From the NCBI GenBank assembly GCA_010093815.1, contig ML996582.1: 64,000 nt of DNA; one strand, 5' to 3'. Below are positions 24,047 to 36,059 of the stretch, piece by piece (the first letter of the stretch is position 1; each line of letters opens with the position of its first letter). Origin of the DNA: Pseudovirgaria hyperparasitica (Eukaryota). Below the pieces are notes generated by a model, which worked only from the letters and a program-made list of their open reading frames with translations, had not been told where the DNA came from and ran no database searches. Position numbers and translations under genes: made by a program.

Positions 24047-26302
24047 TCAAACACCTCCCAGCGCTGCACACCAGCACAAGTACCAAGTTCTACTCGCACC
24101 ATCATCCAGCCACTCATCTTTAAACGCATCATCTGCAAAGAACCTGTACGCTCTCTGTGGGTCAAACAGTGCGACGTTAGCCATGATGATACCGAGCCAG
24201 CCACCGCCCACGTCCTGCAGCCTGCCCTCGAAGACGGCTTCGAATTCCTCCTTGGCAAATTCCGAGCGACGTGTGAATGCGGTTGCGGGACAAAGGGGTA
24301 ACATGTGGATGCCGTGGATGTATTCCGGTCTGAGACCGAAATATGTGGCGCAATCTGCTTTGTTCTCGAACATTATACCCACGACCTTGTTTGGGATGAA
24401 AGAGGGCGGGTGGATCGTATTGTTCGAGCGCATGAGGTAGTAGCTGTCCAGTGTGCGTGACAGGATTGAGAGCATGAGGTTGCCGCGCGATTCCATGGCC
24501 CTGTCGCCGATAACGTGACCCCACATCTTCAGGGCATATGCTGCGAACACGTCTTCGGACGACGACTCTTGGTCCTTGCCGTCGGCGCTCTCGAAGAGTC
24601 CCTTTGCCCATGAATGACCACAGAACCAGTCGAAGGAGCGGTAGAACGGTAGTACGCTGTCAGTACTGGAGTTTGCAAAGTCTTTGACGAGCATTTGCAC
24701 CCAGGCTTTGTTCGTGCCTTGATGCAGCCAGTCGGGATCAAGATAGCCAATCACTGCTGCTGCGTATACGAAGTAGCCATAGTGAAAATGATGGTCGTTA
24801 TAGTACGTATTGCCGAAGTCGAGATTCTTGTCCTCGTAACCTCCGCTGGAGACAATGCCCTTCCATGCAAGGTCGTAAACCAAAGGGAGAGGCTGCTTGT
24901 TCTGCACAAAAGTATTGAAAGCTGCCTTGAGCTTGGCCAGCCCAGCACGTGCGGCGTCTGGGTTCTGCGCTATGTCGTTTGTCACGTATGCAATAGTTGC
25001 GAACTTGGCAAGCGCTTTGCCGCTGAAATACATGGAGTTGAGGTTTGATTGCCGATCCATATCCTGCGATAGCTCAGATTGACCGTACCTACTCAATTGT
25101 GCGGTGAGATGAGGTGCGAAAGAACGAACATCTCTCTTCACGGGGCCCCACGGTCCAAAGCCCATGTCTGTGGGTAGGTTGCTTTCTACCATGGTAAATG
25201 TAAGCCTGTCCGCTTGAAATGCTGTCGCAACGCCTTTGGTGGTAGTTTGCAACTGTATGTGAGTTTTCGCTTGTAACGTCGCCACATCCATTGACTCGAC
25301 ATGGTGAGGCAGAGCATACATGAGCAACGGCTTGCCTTGAATGCCATGCTTTGTCCAAGAGAATGTATAACTCCCTACGTTCTCGCTCACAGAACCTGAG
25401 ATGTCAGCAGATTGCGGGTATGCTCCCGCAGACCTATCAAACACCGCGAGGGCCTCAGGAGATTGACTGCCTCCGGAGATCTTGGCCACTTGTATGAGGC
25501 CCGAGAAGTGCTCATTGCCAGCAACTGTACTGTTGTCCCTTAATCTCAAGCTGAACGGATCGTATGGCTGGTTCGAAGGTGTCATATACAGTGCCCACAT
25601 ATTGCCGTCTTCCAAGACAGTGATAAACCTGTAGGTCGCACCGTAATCCTTACACGAAGCAGAGTCAACAAGAGCCGGACCGGTAAAAGATCGAAAGAAG
25701 ACACCAGACTGGATCAAAGGAGTAGCATTGATGTATTTTCCAGTCACGAATCCCATACCCTGGGTCAATGGAAATTGTAGTCTCGTCCAATAGCACTCAC
25801 TGGACCCTTGGAGATTGACGTTCACAGAAAAGGCCCGGTGAGAGTCAGTTGTAAGCCTTGTTTCTGGACCCAATTCCGCCGCAGAGAGGGTAATCGACTG
25901 GATGAATGTAGGGTTGAGGAAATAGCGAGACGGAGAATTCTGCGAGGATCGATCTGATACAGGTTGTACTACGAGCTGATTGCGCTCAATATGAGAAATT
26001 GATAAGCCCCAACTCTTCGCATTGCCGTTGCCTTTGCTCCACCAAATGGAGTATGGATGTGTCCAAACAGTATGCTGTTGCTCTTCTAGGAAAAGGTTGG
26101 CGTAGAACTTGTTCGTCTGAATGGGCTCCGAGGAATCTCTAATGACCCCTTTGCGCGGAACGGGATGGTACTCCTCGCGAGGAATGTTTCTAGGAGGCGC
26201 ATTGTTGTCGATGGGCACAAAAATATTGCGCGCCCCCGCATTCTCTGCCATACTAATACTCATGTCGAGGGATGCCTGCTTCGACGGTAGGATATGGAGC
26301 AT
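24047..26302 (-). CDS. Endo-1,3(4)-beta-glucanase, glycoside hydrolase family 81 (Eng1/Acf2-like); start could be a downstream Met
   Basis: 751-aa ORF with 'PIQTNKFY', 'DFGNTYYNDHHFHYGY', 'GHSWAKGLFESADGKDQESSSED' and 'GASRTWYL'. Confidence 0.93.
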   Translation of the reverse strand: MLHILPSKQASLDMSISMAENAGARNIFVPIDNNAPPRNIPREEYHPVPRKGVIRDSSEPIQTNKFYANLFLEEQQHTVWTHPYSIWWSKGNGNAKSWGLSISHIERNQLVVQPVSDRSSQNSPSRYFLNPTFIQSITLSAAELGPETRLTTDSHRAFSVNVNLQGSSECYWTRLQFPLTQGMGFVTGKYINATPLIQSGVFFRSFTGPALVDSASCKDYGATYRFITVLEDGNMWALYMTPSNQPYDPFSLRLRDNSTVAGNEHFSGLIQVAKISGGSQSPEALAVFDRSAGAYPQSADISGSVSENVGSYTFSWTKHGIQGKPLLMYALPHHVESMDVATLQAKTHIQLQTTTKGVATAFQADRLTFTMVESNLPTDMGFGPWGPVKRDVRSFAPHLTAQLSRYGQSELSQDMDRQSNLNSMYFSGKALAKFATIAYVTNDIAQNPDAARAGLAKLKAAFNTFVQNKQPLPLVYDLAWKGIVSSGGYEDKNLDFGNTYYNDHHFHYGYFVYAAAVIGYLDPDWLHQGTNKAWVQMLVKDFANSSTDSVLPFYRSFDWFCGHSWAKGLFESADGKDQESSSEDVFAAYALKMWGHVIGDRAMESRGNLMLSILSRTLDSYYLMRSNNTIHPPSFIPNKVVGIMFENKADCATYFGLRPEYIHGIHMLPLCPATAFTRRSEFAKEEFEAVFEGRLQDVGGGWLGIIMANVALFDPQRAYRFFADDAFKDEWLDDGASRTWYLCWCAALGGV

Positions 26303-26574
26303 ACTCGAAAGAATAGATGATCAAGGTGAGGTGATGGAGGTTGACGGACAACGTGAGAATCCACGATTCATGTGGACCTGAGAAAAAGCTTAGGTAGCTT
26401 TCGCCTGGTAAGGTAATACTGATGTGGCCGCACTTGCCCAAAGCTGGCAGATCTTGTCATACGATCGAATGAAGCGATTCGTTTGAGCAGACACAGGACA
26501 CTACCAATCAGAGAGGGCATGGGTTGACTGGGAGATGATTTTGATATACTCTATTAACTCTCCATCATGTTCAG

Positions 26575-29484
26575 CTAAACCATAGGTCGCTCTGGCGGCA
26601 AAATAATTCCCTGCTTCATGAGCAACCTAGGCTTCGTACCATCCGCGAAAGTCTGCACTGTATTCCACTCAACGCCTTTCGGCATCCTGAGCGAGCGTTC
26701 GTACTGTGCTCTATTTTCGAATTCATGCGGTAGCTGGGTCGCCAGGTATCTTGAATTCTTTCTGACACGCTTCTCGTTGATGATAACCCTTTCAAGCTTT
26801 GCGTCTTTTCGATCGCTCGGCTTAACTCCTTCTTGCTTACGCATAACCTTGCCTTTGTTTCTCGCCTGCTCACGCTTCGTAAGGCCACTGCCGACCCATG
26901 TTCCCCAACCGGGAATAGTGTCGTCCACGACCTTTTCGTCTTCCTCTTCGACGAGTGCATTTTTCTCGGCCTCGAAATCGGCTACAGCATCATCACCTGC
27001 AAACCCACGCTTCATGATGTCGCGGTGCCGTATCACCAGGGAGTCCACTGAGTCAGCATCGCTGTCATCGTCTTGCTCGTCATTACCGTATGACACCGTT
27101 TGCCAGCCATCAGCATCTGGAGCGGAAACAACCTCTACTCCAGTCGTCTTTGGCTTCTGCTTCTGCTTCGACGGCTTCTTCGGCTTGAGGATAGTAGTTG
27201 TCTGTAATTCAGGCAGTGCTTGTTGTCCGTCGGATTTCTTAGTCATCTTGGGTCCTGTAAGCCAGGGGTTCTCTACGGGCTGAGCAGTTTGATCAAGACT
27301 CGTTATTTCGTTTGTCCTTGTTCTGTTGGATTTCGATTTTACTGACTGATTTTTCGTGCTGCGCGTTTTCGGGGTTTGCTTGTTGTCCAGGATAATCTTG
27401 ACTTCTTTGTCGTCTACAGGTTCGTCGTCGGAGCTGTCGTGTTCTTCGAAAGCATTTCGAGCTTCCTTGGACGCCTTCTCCAAAGGTAGTTCTACAGGAC
27501 CGTACTTCCGACGCCCAGCATTCGCGATGCGCTCCTCGGCCTCATCACTATCCGTCTCCTCGCCGTCTAAATCCTTCCGCATCTGCTTTATATCTTCATC
27601 ATTCTGTGCTTGACGAGCCGCCTCCGCCTTCTTCATAAAAGCCATGTTGGCAAGCTTCGAACCGGGACCATCTGGAACATCTTGAGCAGATACGCGCTGC
27701 AGCTGGCGCCCAATCTTACGGGCCTGGCGCTCTTCTTCGTCTTCGACTTCGCTCTCATCATCGCCGCTACTGACATCGGAATCGGCTTCGTTTTCATTCC
27801 GTACGTCTTTGCCTGACATGCGCTTGCGCAGCTCCTCATTCCGACGGGCCATCTCAGTCACTCCATCCCTAGCATCATCGTCCCAAGCTGCTTTACCGCT
27901 CTTTTTCACACCTTTAGCCCATTTGCTCTCGCGATGCTTGGCGCCCATGCGCTCTTCTGCACGGCGGCGGTCATTTAATTCGCGCTCCTCCTCTTCCAAG
28001 TCGACTCTCTCGGCCTCAAGCATAGCACGCTCCTTCTGTTCCAGTCTCTCACGCTCTTTTCGGTGCACTCGACGATAGGACTTGCTTTTGATCTTCTTGA
28101 TACGTTTCGCACGAACTTCTTCGCGGAAGAGCAGTTCTCGAGCTTTGCGTAATTCGGCGCGTCGGGCCTCGACTTCTTCCTGTGGCAGCTTTTTCGTTTC
28201 CAGTTCTTCGAATTGGCGAATCTTGTCTTCATCCGTCTGACCATTCTGTTTCATCAGGCCGCTCTGGAGTAAGATATTTTGAATGTTACTTTCCAGATCA
28301 TTCTGTGGTTTGGTCGTGGGGAGGAATCGCCGACTACCCTCGAGCTCAGTTTCATCACCATGCTTGAGTGGAAAGGAGAGATGCTCCGCTTGACGATTTC
28401 GTTGCACTGTATCGGTCCATCGTTCAAGTGTCTCTTTGGTCTTTTTGTTGGCTGCAATGCGGTCTAATTTGTCCTGCTGTCGTTTGGGTAGTGGGACTTC
28501 GACTTTGGCGGGTATACCGTTTCGCTTCGAAGCCTTCACATCATCTCGCAAGATTTTTGCAGCTTGTCTCAACTTGGAGCCTGCCGTCGCGGGAATCAGA
28601 TCCGCCAGGTCGATCTTCCCTGAACCAATCGTTGCTGAGTCTGATGGCGCTGATGCTTCGAGGGCATCATAGCCTTTTCTTTTCCGTTCCGCTGCTTCCT
28701 CGGCTGGTGTCATCGAGGAGATGAGATCTTGAAGTCTACGGAGCTGTTGAGGATCTTCTGTTTCGCCTTCTGCGTCTGATAACGATATGTCGGAAGGCCC
28801 GTCATCCTCCTGGTCGGATTCATTCGAAAACCCATCAAAGGCCTCCTCAGTATGACGCTTCTTCCCTCTGACGGCAGGCTTCTCATCTCCGCTATCCTCG
28901 TAGTTGTCTAGCATAGTGGCAAGATCAACAGCATCCTCGCCAAGACTATCATCACTATCCTCTTCCATCTCGTCCTCTTCATCCAAAGTCAGTTCCTGGT
29001 CGTTTTTGGTTTTCCTTTGCCGCATCTTTTTAGCTTGTGTGCTACTACTACCACGAAATGCGTATCCCTCAAATCTCTCTTCGTCGCTTTCGCCAAAAGC
29101 TTCGTCACTATCAATGTCACTATCATCTTCATCATCCACGTTGCCCATCTGCCATGTGTTGCCATCGCTGTCGCTTCCCTCGTCAAGGTCAGAATCCCCG
29201 CCTTTTCTGGCCGATTTACGATGACGTGAACGATCCTCCTCATCTTCGCCGTCCTCATGTTGTTCCTCGTCCGAGTCTGGTCTTGCCCGTTTGCGATCGG
29301 GCAGCGCTTCATCTAGGTCACCTAAGCGATGCTTGCGGACCTTCGACCGTTCAGGATTCTCGGCCTCGGCGATGGAGTACGCATTGAGGCTGCGCTTCTG
29401 AGACTTTCCAGATTTTTGTCGCGGTTTCTTGGTCTTCGACGACGAGGCCGAGACAACCGAGCTGCGTGCTATACGGGGTGCCAT
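26575..29484 (-). CDS. UTP14: U3 snoRNA-associated SSU processome protein Utp14
   Basis: 969-aa ORF with 'RAKRIKKIKSKSYRRV', 'RAEERM..KH', 'PGWGTWVG' and 'YERSLRMPKGVEWN'. Confidence 0.93.
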   Translation of the reverse strand: MAPRIARSSVVSASSSKTKKPRQKSGKSQKRSLNAYSIAEAENPERSKVRKHRLGDLDEALPDRKRARPDSDEEQHEDGEDEEDRSRHRKSARKGGDSDLDEGSDSDGNTWQMGNVDDEDDSDIDSDEAFGESDEERFEGYAFRGSSSTQAKKMRQRKTKNDQELTLDEEDEMEEDSDDSLGEDAVDLATMLDNYEDSGDEKPAVRGKKRHTEEAFDGFSNESDQEDDGPSDISLSDAEGETEDPQQLRRLQDLISSMTPAEEAAERKRKGYDALEASAPSDSATIGSGKIDLADLIPATAGSKLRQAAKILRDDVKASKRNGIPAKVEVPLPKRQQDKLDRIAANKKTKETLERWTDTVQRNRQAEHLSFPLKHGDETELEGSRRFLPTTKPQNDLESNIQNILLQSGLMKQNGQTDEDKIRQFEELETKKLPQEEVEARRAELRKARELLFREEVRAKRIKKIKSKSYRRVHRKERERLEQKERAMLEAERVDLEEEERELNDRRRAEERMGAKHRESKWAKGVKKSGKAAWDDDARDGVTEMARRNEELRKRMSGKDVRNENEADSDVSSGDDESEVEDEEERQARKIGRQLQRVSAQDVPDGPGSKLANMAFMKKAEAARQAQNDEDIKQMRKDLDGEETDSDEAEERIANAGRRKYGPVELPLEKASKEARNAFEEHDSSDDEPVDDKEVKIILDNKQTPKTRSTKNQSVKSKSNRTRTNEITSLDQTAQPVENPWLTGPKMTKKSDGQQALPELQTTTILKPKKPSKQKQKPKTTGVEVVSAPDADGWQTVSYGNDEQDDDSDADSVDSLVIRHRDIMKRGFAGDDAVADFEAEKNALVEEEDEKVVDDTIPGWGTWVGSGLTKREQARNKGKVMRKQEGVKPSDRKDAKLERVIINEKRVRKNSRYLATQLPHEFENRAQYERSLRMPKGVEWNTVQTFADGTKPRLLMKQGIILPPERPMV

Positions 29485-29772
29485 GTCGCAGATTTATGTG
29501 ATGGGAAGTGCTTTTGGTGACTTCAGTAGGTTTCGCACATATCCATGCTTAGAAATTTAGACTGAAATCTTGGCGTCGTCTAAAATTCCTTTGTGACGCC
29601 GAGGTTCTTCCGCGGAGGGCGCCGCAAAACGCGGAGGTCTCGTAGGAAGTTGATACAGAGCTCGAGCATCGCCGACGAGTTTACCTCACGCATCAATCAA
29701 TCACTTCTCCGATCTCCATCCTCACCCGTCCGTCGACCGCGACCGATCTCCATTTCCTCCCATACCACCACC

Positions 29773-30310
29773 ATGTTCAAAGCCACGCCTACGCTGCAGA
29801 TGTTCAAGCCTACAGCCAGTCTCCTCACAGCCTTCAAATCAACGCCAACACTGCAGGCCAAAGCGTACGAAATCAACACAGGCTCCTGGCGCAAATTCAT
29901 CCCCCTGACGCCGAAAAAGGGTAACAAGTACTTCTACAAGGGCAACAAGGTCGGCTCGCATGGATCGTTTCAGAAGGGACACAATGTCCTGCAAAAGCGC
30001 AGGGTATATCGAGTTGATTATAGCAAGGTGCGCACGTATGTGGTGCCGGATCTGAACGGGTGCAGGGTGAGTCGGATACTCTTTCTTATCCACAAGAGAG
30101 AAATGCAGGAAGGGAAAAGGAAATATGGTCGGAGTTGGGTGCCGTGTGAATGAATGCTGATGTGTGATGTAGTTGACGCCGTTCACGAGCAAGTTGATCG
30201 AACATCCTAGAGACATGCCCAAGGAGCCCGGAGAAGGTAGTGACCTCGACCCAATCAAGGGCGAGGCCTTCCTGCAACTCTGGAGGGATTTGAACAGAGA
30301 TGGAACTTGA
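29773..30310 (+). CDS. MRPL27: Mitochondrial large-subunit ribosomal protein mL41 (yeast MrpL27-like); exons 29773-30066 and 30173-30310, 143 aa
   Basis: 'PLTPKKGNKYFYKG..VGS.G', 'YRVDYSKVRTYVVP' and 'LTPF' joined across a GTGAGT..GCTGAT..TAG intron. Confidence 0.85.
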
Positions 30311-30741
30311 TTACACTGGCATATTCGAGCAGACGAGATGCATTGCGTGGAGTTCAGGGCTGGTCGCCCATCTGTATATAGTTGTACAATATCGTATATC
30401 CAGCATATGCTTGGTTTAGGACGGATGCTTAGAGACGCAGTCCAAGCCCTGTAGTGAACCAATACAGTATACTCTTTATATGATTCGAAAGCAAGACACT
30501 AGGCCAGAGGTATCAAGACGGTCTATTACCGCTATCTAAGGTATCACGAATATCTAAGCTATGTTCTTTGACCCAAATAGTAGTGTCTATGAGCACATTA
30601 TCCAATTCCATCCCCTGTTCGGGCTGCTGTATTCAAACCACAAAACATAAATTGCACGTATACCAGACATTCATTAATCCAAGCAAGGATGATGAGGTCG
30701 AGTGGTTTGCCACGTCGCCTCCGAGATCTCGCGTGCCACAT

Positions 30742-32427
30742 CTATGCGCCCGACTTGCGGGTAACTTTTGGACTGGTCGGGTAGATGGGGCTTTCGATGG
30801 CAGCATCATCACGCTTGTCGGCGAACTTGAATGCGCCATACTTCTTCAAGACGCGCTCAATGGCATCCATACCCTTGACGAGGTTGTCCATGCGCGGACC
30901 ATACGAGATACGTACGAAGTGATGACAAGGAGAGTCAAACAGATCACGACGCTTGCTGGGATTTAAGTCGAAGAAGATACCCGGAACAACAATTGTCTTC
31001 TCCGCAAGCAGAGCTTGAAAGAAGTTCAGACCATCGTTGATCTCTATGGGCAGTTCAGATAGGTCGAGCCACAAGTAAAAGGTGGAGTTCGGGCAGTAGC
31101 CAAGAGAAAAGCCCATTGCCTCAAGACGACCCACAACATAATCACGCTTTGTCTTAAAGTGGGTCTGGAGAGCGCGCATCTCGTGACGGACTTTGTGTGG
31201 CTCAAGCATAGGGATTGCGGCCTCCTGGAAAGGAACATTGCAGCCTCCATCGAGGTACGAACCACAAGAGCCAATTGCCTTGATGAATTCCTTGGGTCCA
31301 ATGACCCATGCGACTCTCCAGCCGGGCAGGCGGAAGCGCTTGGTCATACCGTCAATGATGAGGACGTCGTCTTCGTCCACATCCTCGACATTTTCGGCAG
31401 CTGAGATAACAGTGCCATCGCACTCTGTGGTGTAGTTGTAGCCGCAGTAAAATTCGTCCATAACCAACGTGGCACGGTCACGGCAGATATCCTGGATCTG
31501 GGCAAGCTCAGGGTTGGTGATCATCTGACCGGTTGGGTTACGAGGGTTGGAAGTCAGGATGACAGATGTACCACGGGCAATTTCCTCCGCAATCTTATCC
31601 GGGTGGATATGGTATCCATCGTCGCGAGATAGAGGAATAGGAATAGCGGCAATCTGGGTGTAATTGTTAGCTCGTCACTTTATGATTATACACAGGCCCC
31701 AGCGACTGGAGGAGCATACGTTACGGAAGAGCGACAACATCTCGTTATACGCCGTGTAGTCCGGAATGAAGAAACCCAGGTATGTGTTGCCCAAAACTGC
31801 AGCAATACGGATGAGACCAGCACGTCCACCGGGAACGATACAGACGTTCTCCCACGTGTACTTGCTCTCTTTTCCCTGTCTGTGATGCTCGTTGTAGAGA
31901 TTGGCGACCGCCTCTCTCAAAGGGCGAATACCAGCGGTAGGTCCATATTCTCTGCCGGTCATGGTAACGTCAATCTTGTGTGGGCGGACGAATGTGCCAT
32001 CGATCTCGTCCTCGACCTCGGGAGCACCTTGCCCCAAGTTGGACCAAGCCGCTGGGTTTTCTGCGAAGCCATGCTCGTAGGCGCGCTCTGAAGTCCAGAC
32101 GACACCTGTAGAGGCACGAGAAGCATCGAGTCCGGCGTGAGGCTTGTGGCCCTCGTGAGCGTCACGGAACTGACGGTGAATCTGCGATTGAAGCTCTGTC
32201 GGAGGGGTAGCTCGTTAGCCAAGGCTAGTGTAGCGAAATAAGTGTAACACAAGGTGCAAATCAAAATTCAGGCAGGCATGAAGCTCGTGTGAAACAACAA
32301 AGGCTTGCTTACCATTTTCGCTCTGCTGGTTGGAGGAGAATCGACGCTCCTTGGGCTTGCTGATGCCTTGAAGCGACGAAGGTCGATTTTTGGTAGAAAT
32401 GGACAGACGATGGGCGGGGAACGACAT
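30742..32427 (-). CDS. PLP-dependent aminotransferase, class I/II (aspartate aminotransferase-like); exons 32427-32313, 32195-31720 and 31653-30742, 500 aa
   Basis: 'NLGQGAPE', 'YGPTAGIRPLREAVA', 'SNPRNPTG', 'DEFY' and the PLP lysine motif 'DGMTKRFRLPGWRV'; canonical introns keep the frame. Confidence 0.88.
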
Positions 32428-33574
32428 GATGGCAGCAGTACTGTAGTTCTAAGCTGGAGCTTGGAGGCTTGGTATTCCTTGGTAGTGGAGTTGAGTGCAA
32501 ATGCAAATGCAAGCAGAAGCAATGCACGAGTTGAGGAAGAGGGAAATAATGATAATTAGAGTGGCCCGGGACAGCCTTAAAACCAAAAGTCGATGTTGAC
32601 GGCGCGGGCAATGCAGGATCCTTGTAACTGTTGTCTCTCGTCTTGTTCCCACATTTCTCTTGCCGCTGCCCAAGTTCCCCTCTAGGTCTGGGGCTAGGTG
32701 CTGTGGATACGGTGAGCAATGAACACCAACTGGCGCTGAAACGCGTGGTTTTTCCACTGCCTGTGGTCACCTAACCCCTTAAGTAGCTAGCTTTGCTTAT
32801 TTTTGGCCGCATAATTGAACACGAAATGTATTTGGCGTGATTCACTTACGCTGTCATCCACTGACCGAGCAGGTATACGCCACAGCTGAGCAGCCTTTGG
32901 GGCCGACTGGCCCGATCCGTAGCCTTCCAATCATCTCTCACTTGGGGGAGGCCGACGACAATGAAGAGCTATCATCACAACATGTCCAGAACGACGCTTG
33001 AATGGCTAGATATGGGACTAATAGCACCGTCTGCTTACTTCAGGCATGCTGCCAAGGACCCCATCTATTTACGCAGGATCCGTTTGTACTTTCTGGAGGC
33101 AATTTCCTTAATGCTACAATTCTGTACAGGGCTGAGTGATGCTATGTCTAATTAATTACTATTTATCTTCTTGAGTACAGAACAAAGAACCACTCAACCA
33201 AGTAGTTAACATTACCCCCGGAACCAATGGAAACTAGTGTTGAAATAAACTGGATGGTTCACACGCAGCTGGGCGCAGCAGCTAATCGGCCCGCACTCTG
33301 CGAAGGCATCCTACTCGGTGATAAACCCTCATTGCGCCAGGTCATGTCTCAAGCCATATGCAACCCTCCGGACGTTCTCGGTAGTTTCAGCCCGCTAACC
33401 ATTACAGCGCACTTCAAAACGTGCTACGAGGTTCTAATCATGTACCTTAATGAGTAGAAGAGTCCTTCAATGTTTGATTCTATGTATATTTCTATGCCTC
33501 GAGGAGAACGCAGCTAAGCCGTGCAACGGCTACAGAGAGTAACATTGAGAGACTTATCCTATAAATGCCGTTGT

Positions 33575-34120
33575 CATATAATAAATGTCTAATCTTAATT
33601 ATTCTTCATCAATAACCTTCAAGCCCTGCAAGATAAGAACTACGTCGTATTGTCGCAGACATGGGGTGATGTAAAAGTGACTTCCTAGGTTGCCTAACAA
33701 CCTATAATTGATCGAGAAAATGTTAATGAAGATCATAGACTGCTTTGAGCTTTTATACTCTAGCAGTTCCTAATGTCTCTAGTACATACGTGTTTTATGA
33801 CCTCCCAAGAGGAAAATGGAAAGACGCAGTTGATATATCTAAGAAGCAACGCAGCTTACATGGAACTTCAATAGACATCTCGTCGTTATATATTATGTTC
33901 TATAAGAATCAAATGCTCTAAGGACTTCATTGATATGAGAAAGGTCTACTTTTATCTACAGTAAGATGCTATAGTCCAGTTTGGTCTATAAGTATGTAGT
34001 GGTCAATGGCACAGACTGGCTCCGGGAGCTAGGCAACGGCACGAAGCTAGTGAAGCAGAGATTTGGAGAACTCGTTTACCAGACATCTAGATGGATCCAT
34101 GGACATCCAAGAACCGCCAC
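33575..34120 (+). pseudogene. Decayed HET-domain gene relic (limits approximate)
   Basis: In-frame 'HIINV*S*LFFINNLQALQDKNYVVLSQTWGDVKVTS*' (33575-33688) resembles the HET domain start 'RLI.V...Y.ILSHTWG..EVT'. Downstream 'KVYFYL' and 'DWLRELGNGTK' follow in the expected order. Many stops and frameshifts. Confidence 0.45.
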
Positions 34121-35929
34121 CCAGTGCATCACAAACACACAGCAATTATCACCTCTGACAACCGTACTCATGAACATAGACAGGTGAGTTATAAAACCGA
34201 AGTCTTATGTGTGTAAGAAAAACGATTTTCAACATCATCCCACCGCCCGATACATTGCACCTCATGTCAGTGTTCCCGGCCGAGTCGCATTCGCCTCGTA
34301 TCAGCATTACTGCATACCAGTCGACCCACGGTTTCAACTACCCTTAGCCACGCTTGTTGGGGCCGTCCCAGTGTTTCTGTTGTGCCTCATCTCATCTGGC
34401 TGAGGTAGTCGCAACCACCAACACTCAGTTGCTCATCATGTTACGCAGTGCACTCTGCGCGTAGGAACCGCTGAAGTCATATGGAGTTGGTGGTGACGCC
34501 TTGATTTGCTTGATAGCTCCCAAGTAATTATGATGTTCTGTTCTCTCTGGGCTGCGACGTGTGGAAGTCCGGAAAGCACTGTCCAAGGTTCGGTTAAAGT
34601 AATAAATCTAGACCGCAAGAACGAGCGCTGAGGCTGCGCTGCCACCAATAAATCTACTCACCTGTCAGCCTACCTAAGTACATGCAACGCACAGCCACAA
34701 CGATGCAAATAATATCATTCGTCATTCTCCACAGAACTTGCCTTCAAGTTATATTTCTAGCCTTATCGGGTTGTCTTCGTGCCTCGTTTTTGAACGGGAC
34801 TAGGCTGGACAGCGTTCCTGTAGTAAATGCTTCCTGCATGGATGATAGGATGCCCGAATTTTGGGCTGCTGACCTCGCACATTATAAGATTCGTGTTACT
34901 ACACACTGCATGCGTGAGATCAGCTCTAGTTGATTCAACAACAATGCGTTACGTAGGTACAATTTCCTTACGGCGTGACTAATTTCTTGCATGGTTTATC
35001 TAACTCATGTACTACCTCGCTGTGCAGTACAGTACAACATGATAACGTCAGGACGACTATATGGTTTTTTTGCCGGTGTGGGTATGTGATTCATCATCTA
35101 GAGACTTCATACTAACGGCAGGTAATGAATAGAAGTGTTATCATGCTTATAACACCGTCTTGATCTGCACCCAAAGTGCTTCGACACACATACGAAACTG
35201 CGTTTTCGTAATAATATCCTCTTCAATACGCGGTTATACACGCTGTAGTATAAGCATTCAAGAGGCCGAAGTTAGCATTTCAACTGGGCGATGCTGTTCT
35301 GGTGCAGTGCCATCAATCACAATCTACCAAGTGAGCCTTACTAAATCCCATCATGACTGGCAGAGTGAGACTTGGCATTTTTTGAACCACCATGACGACT
35401 CAACTTATATCATTACCGAAGATTGTACCTCAAATACAGATTTTAGAAAGAGAAAATTTTCAGATAGTATCTCCCAACGTATTCAGGATGGACTGATCAT
35501 GCTGGCCTAATCTTCTGGTCTCGTCACAGAATATTGAACGAAGACTTTTCATTTGTATGGAGTCGGTTTTATCGAGAAGGCCTCCGATGTTGCATCTCGA
35601 GTTTCTCTGAGAAGACTATTTGGGGTGGTTTTAATCATTGGCATTTTAAGCTGGGTACAACGCTTCTTCATGCGCCATTATGTGATCGAATTATCTTTAA
35701 GAACTAGAGTTAGATGAGGTTCTGATGAAGACTCGTCTCTTTAGCATTACTTACTGGCCGAAATTGAGTTTGGTGGAGGGTTTAGCACGCGTCGTACGTT
35801 ATAGCTTATTTATAGACAAGGTAGCAAATGTACGCACCAGGCCGTAGCTCCGATACCGGATTCGGCAACTAAATTTCATTGCGACAGCATTTCCCCACGT
35901 CATTCAGGATTTCTCAGTAAGTTCTAGAG

Positions 35930-35936
35930 TGACTCA
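35930..35936 (+). promoter_or_regulatory. Gcn4/CpcA (cross-pathway control) element TGACTCA
   Basis: Exact consensus about 125 bp upstream of the LYS2 ATG. Confidence 0.65.
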
Positions 35937-36059
35937 GATCGTTCGCGCTGTAAACTTTGCGCATAGTCACATAGCAGCACCCACAGCTCAATTGGTCCCG
36001 AATGACCGGATTTTACCTTGCTTTTACCCTATAGACCACTAGGCCTGCGTCTATCTGCC

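Noticed and set aside
26616..29520. Numerous overlapping ORFs within UTP14 (and similarly within SEC3, ENA and GH81)
   Set aside because: Alternate-frame or antisense shadows of established coding sequences.
34149..35510. Several 60-116 aa ORFs in the spacer upstream of LYS2
   Set aside because: No recognisable motifs or splice-consistent model; lengths are expected by chance.
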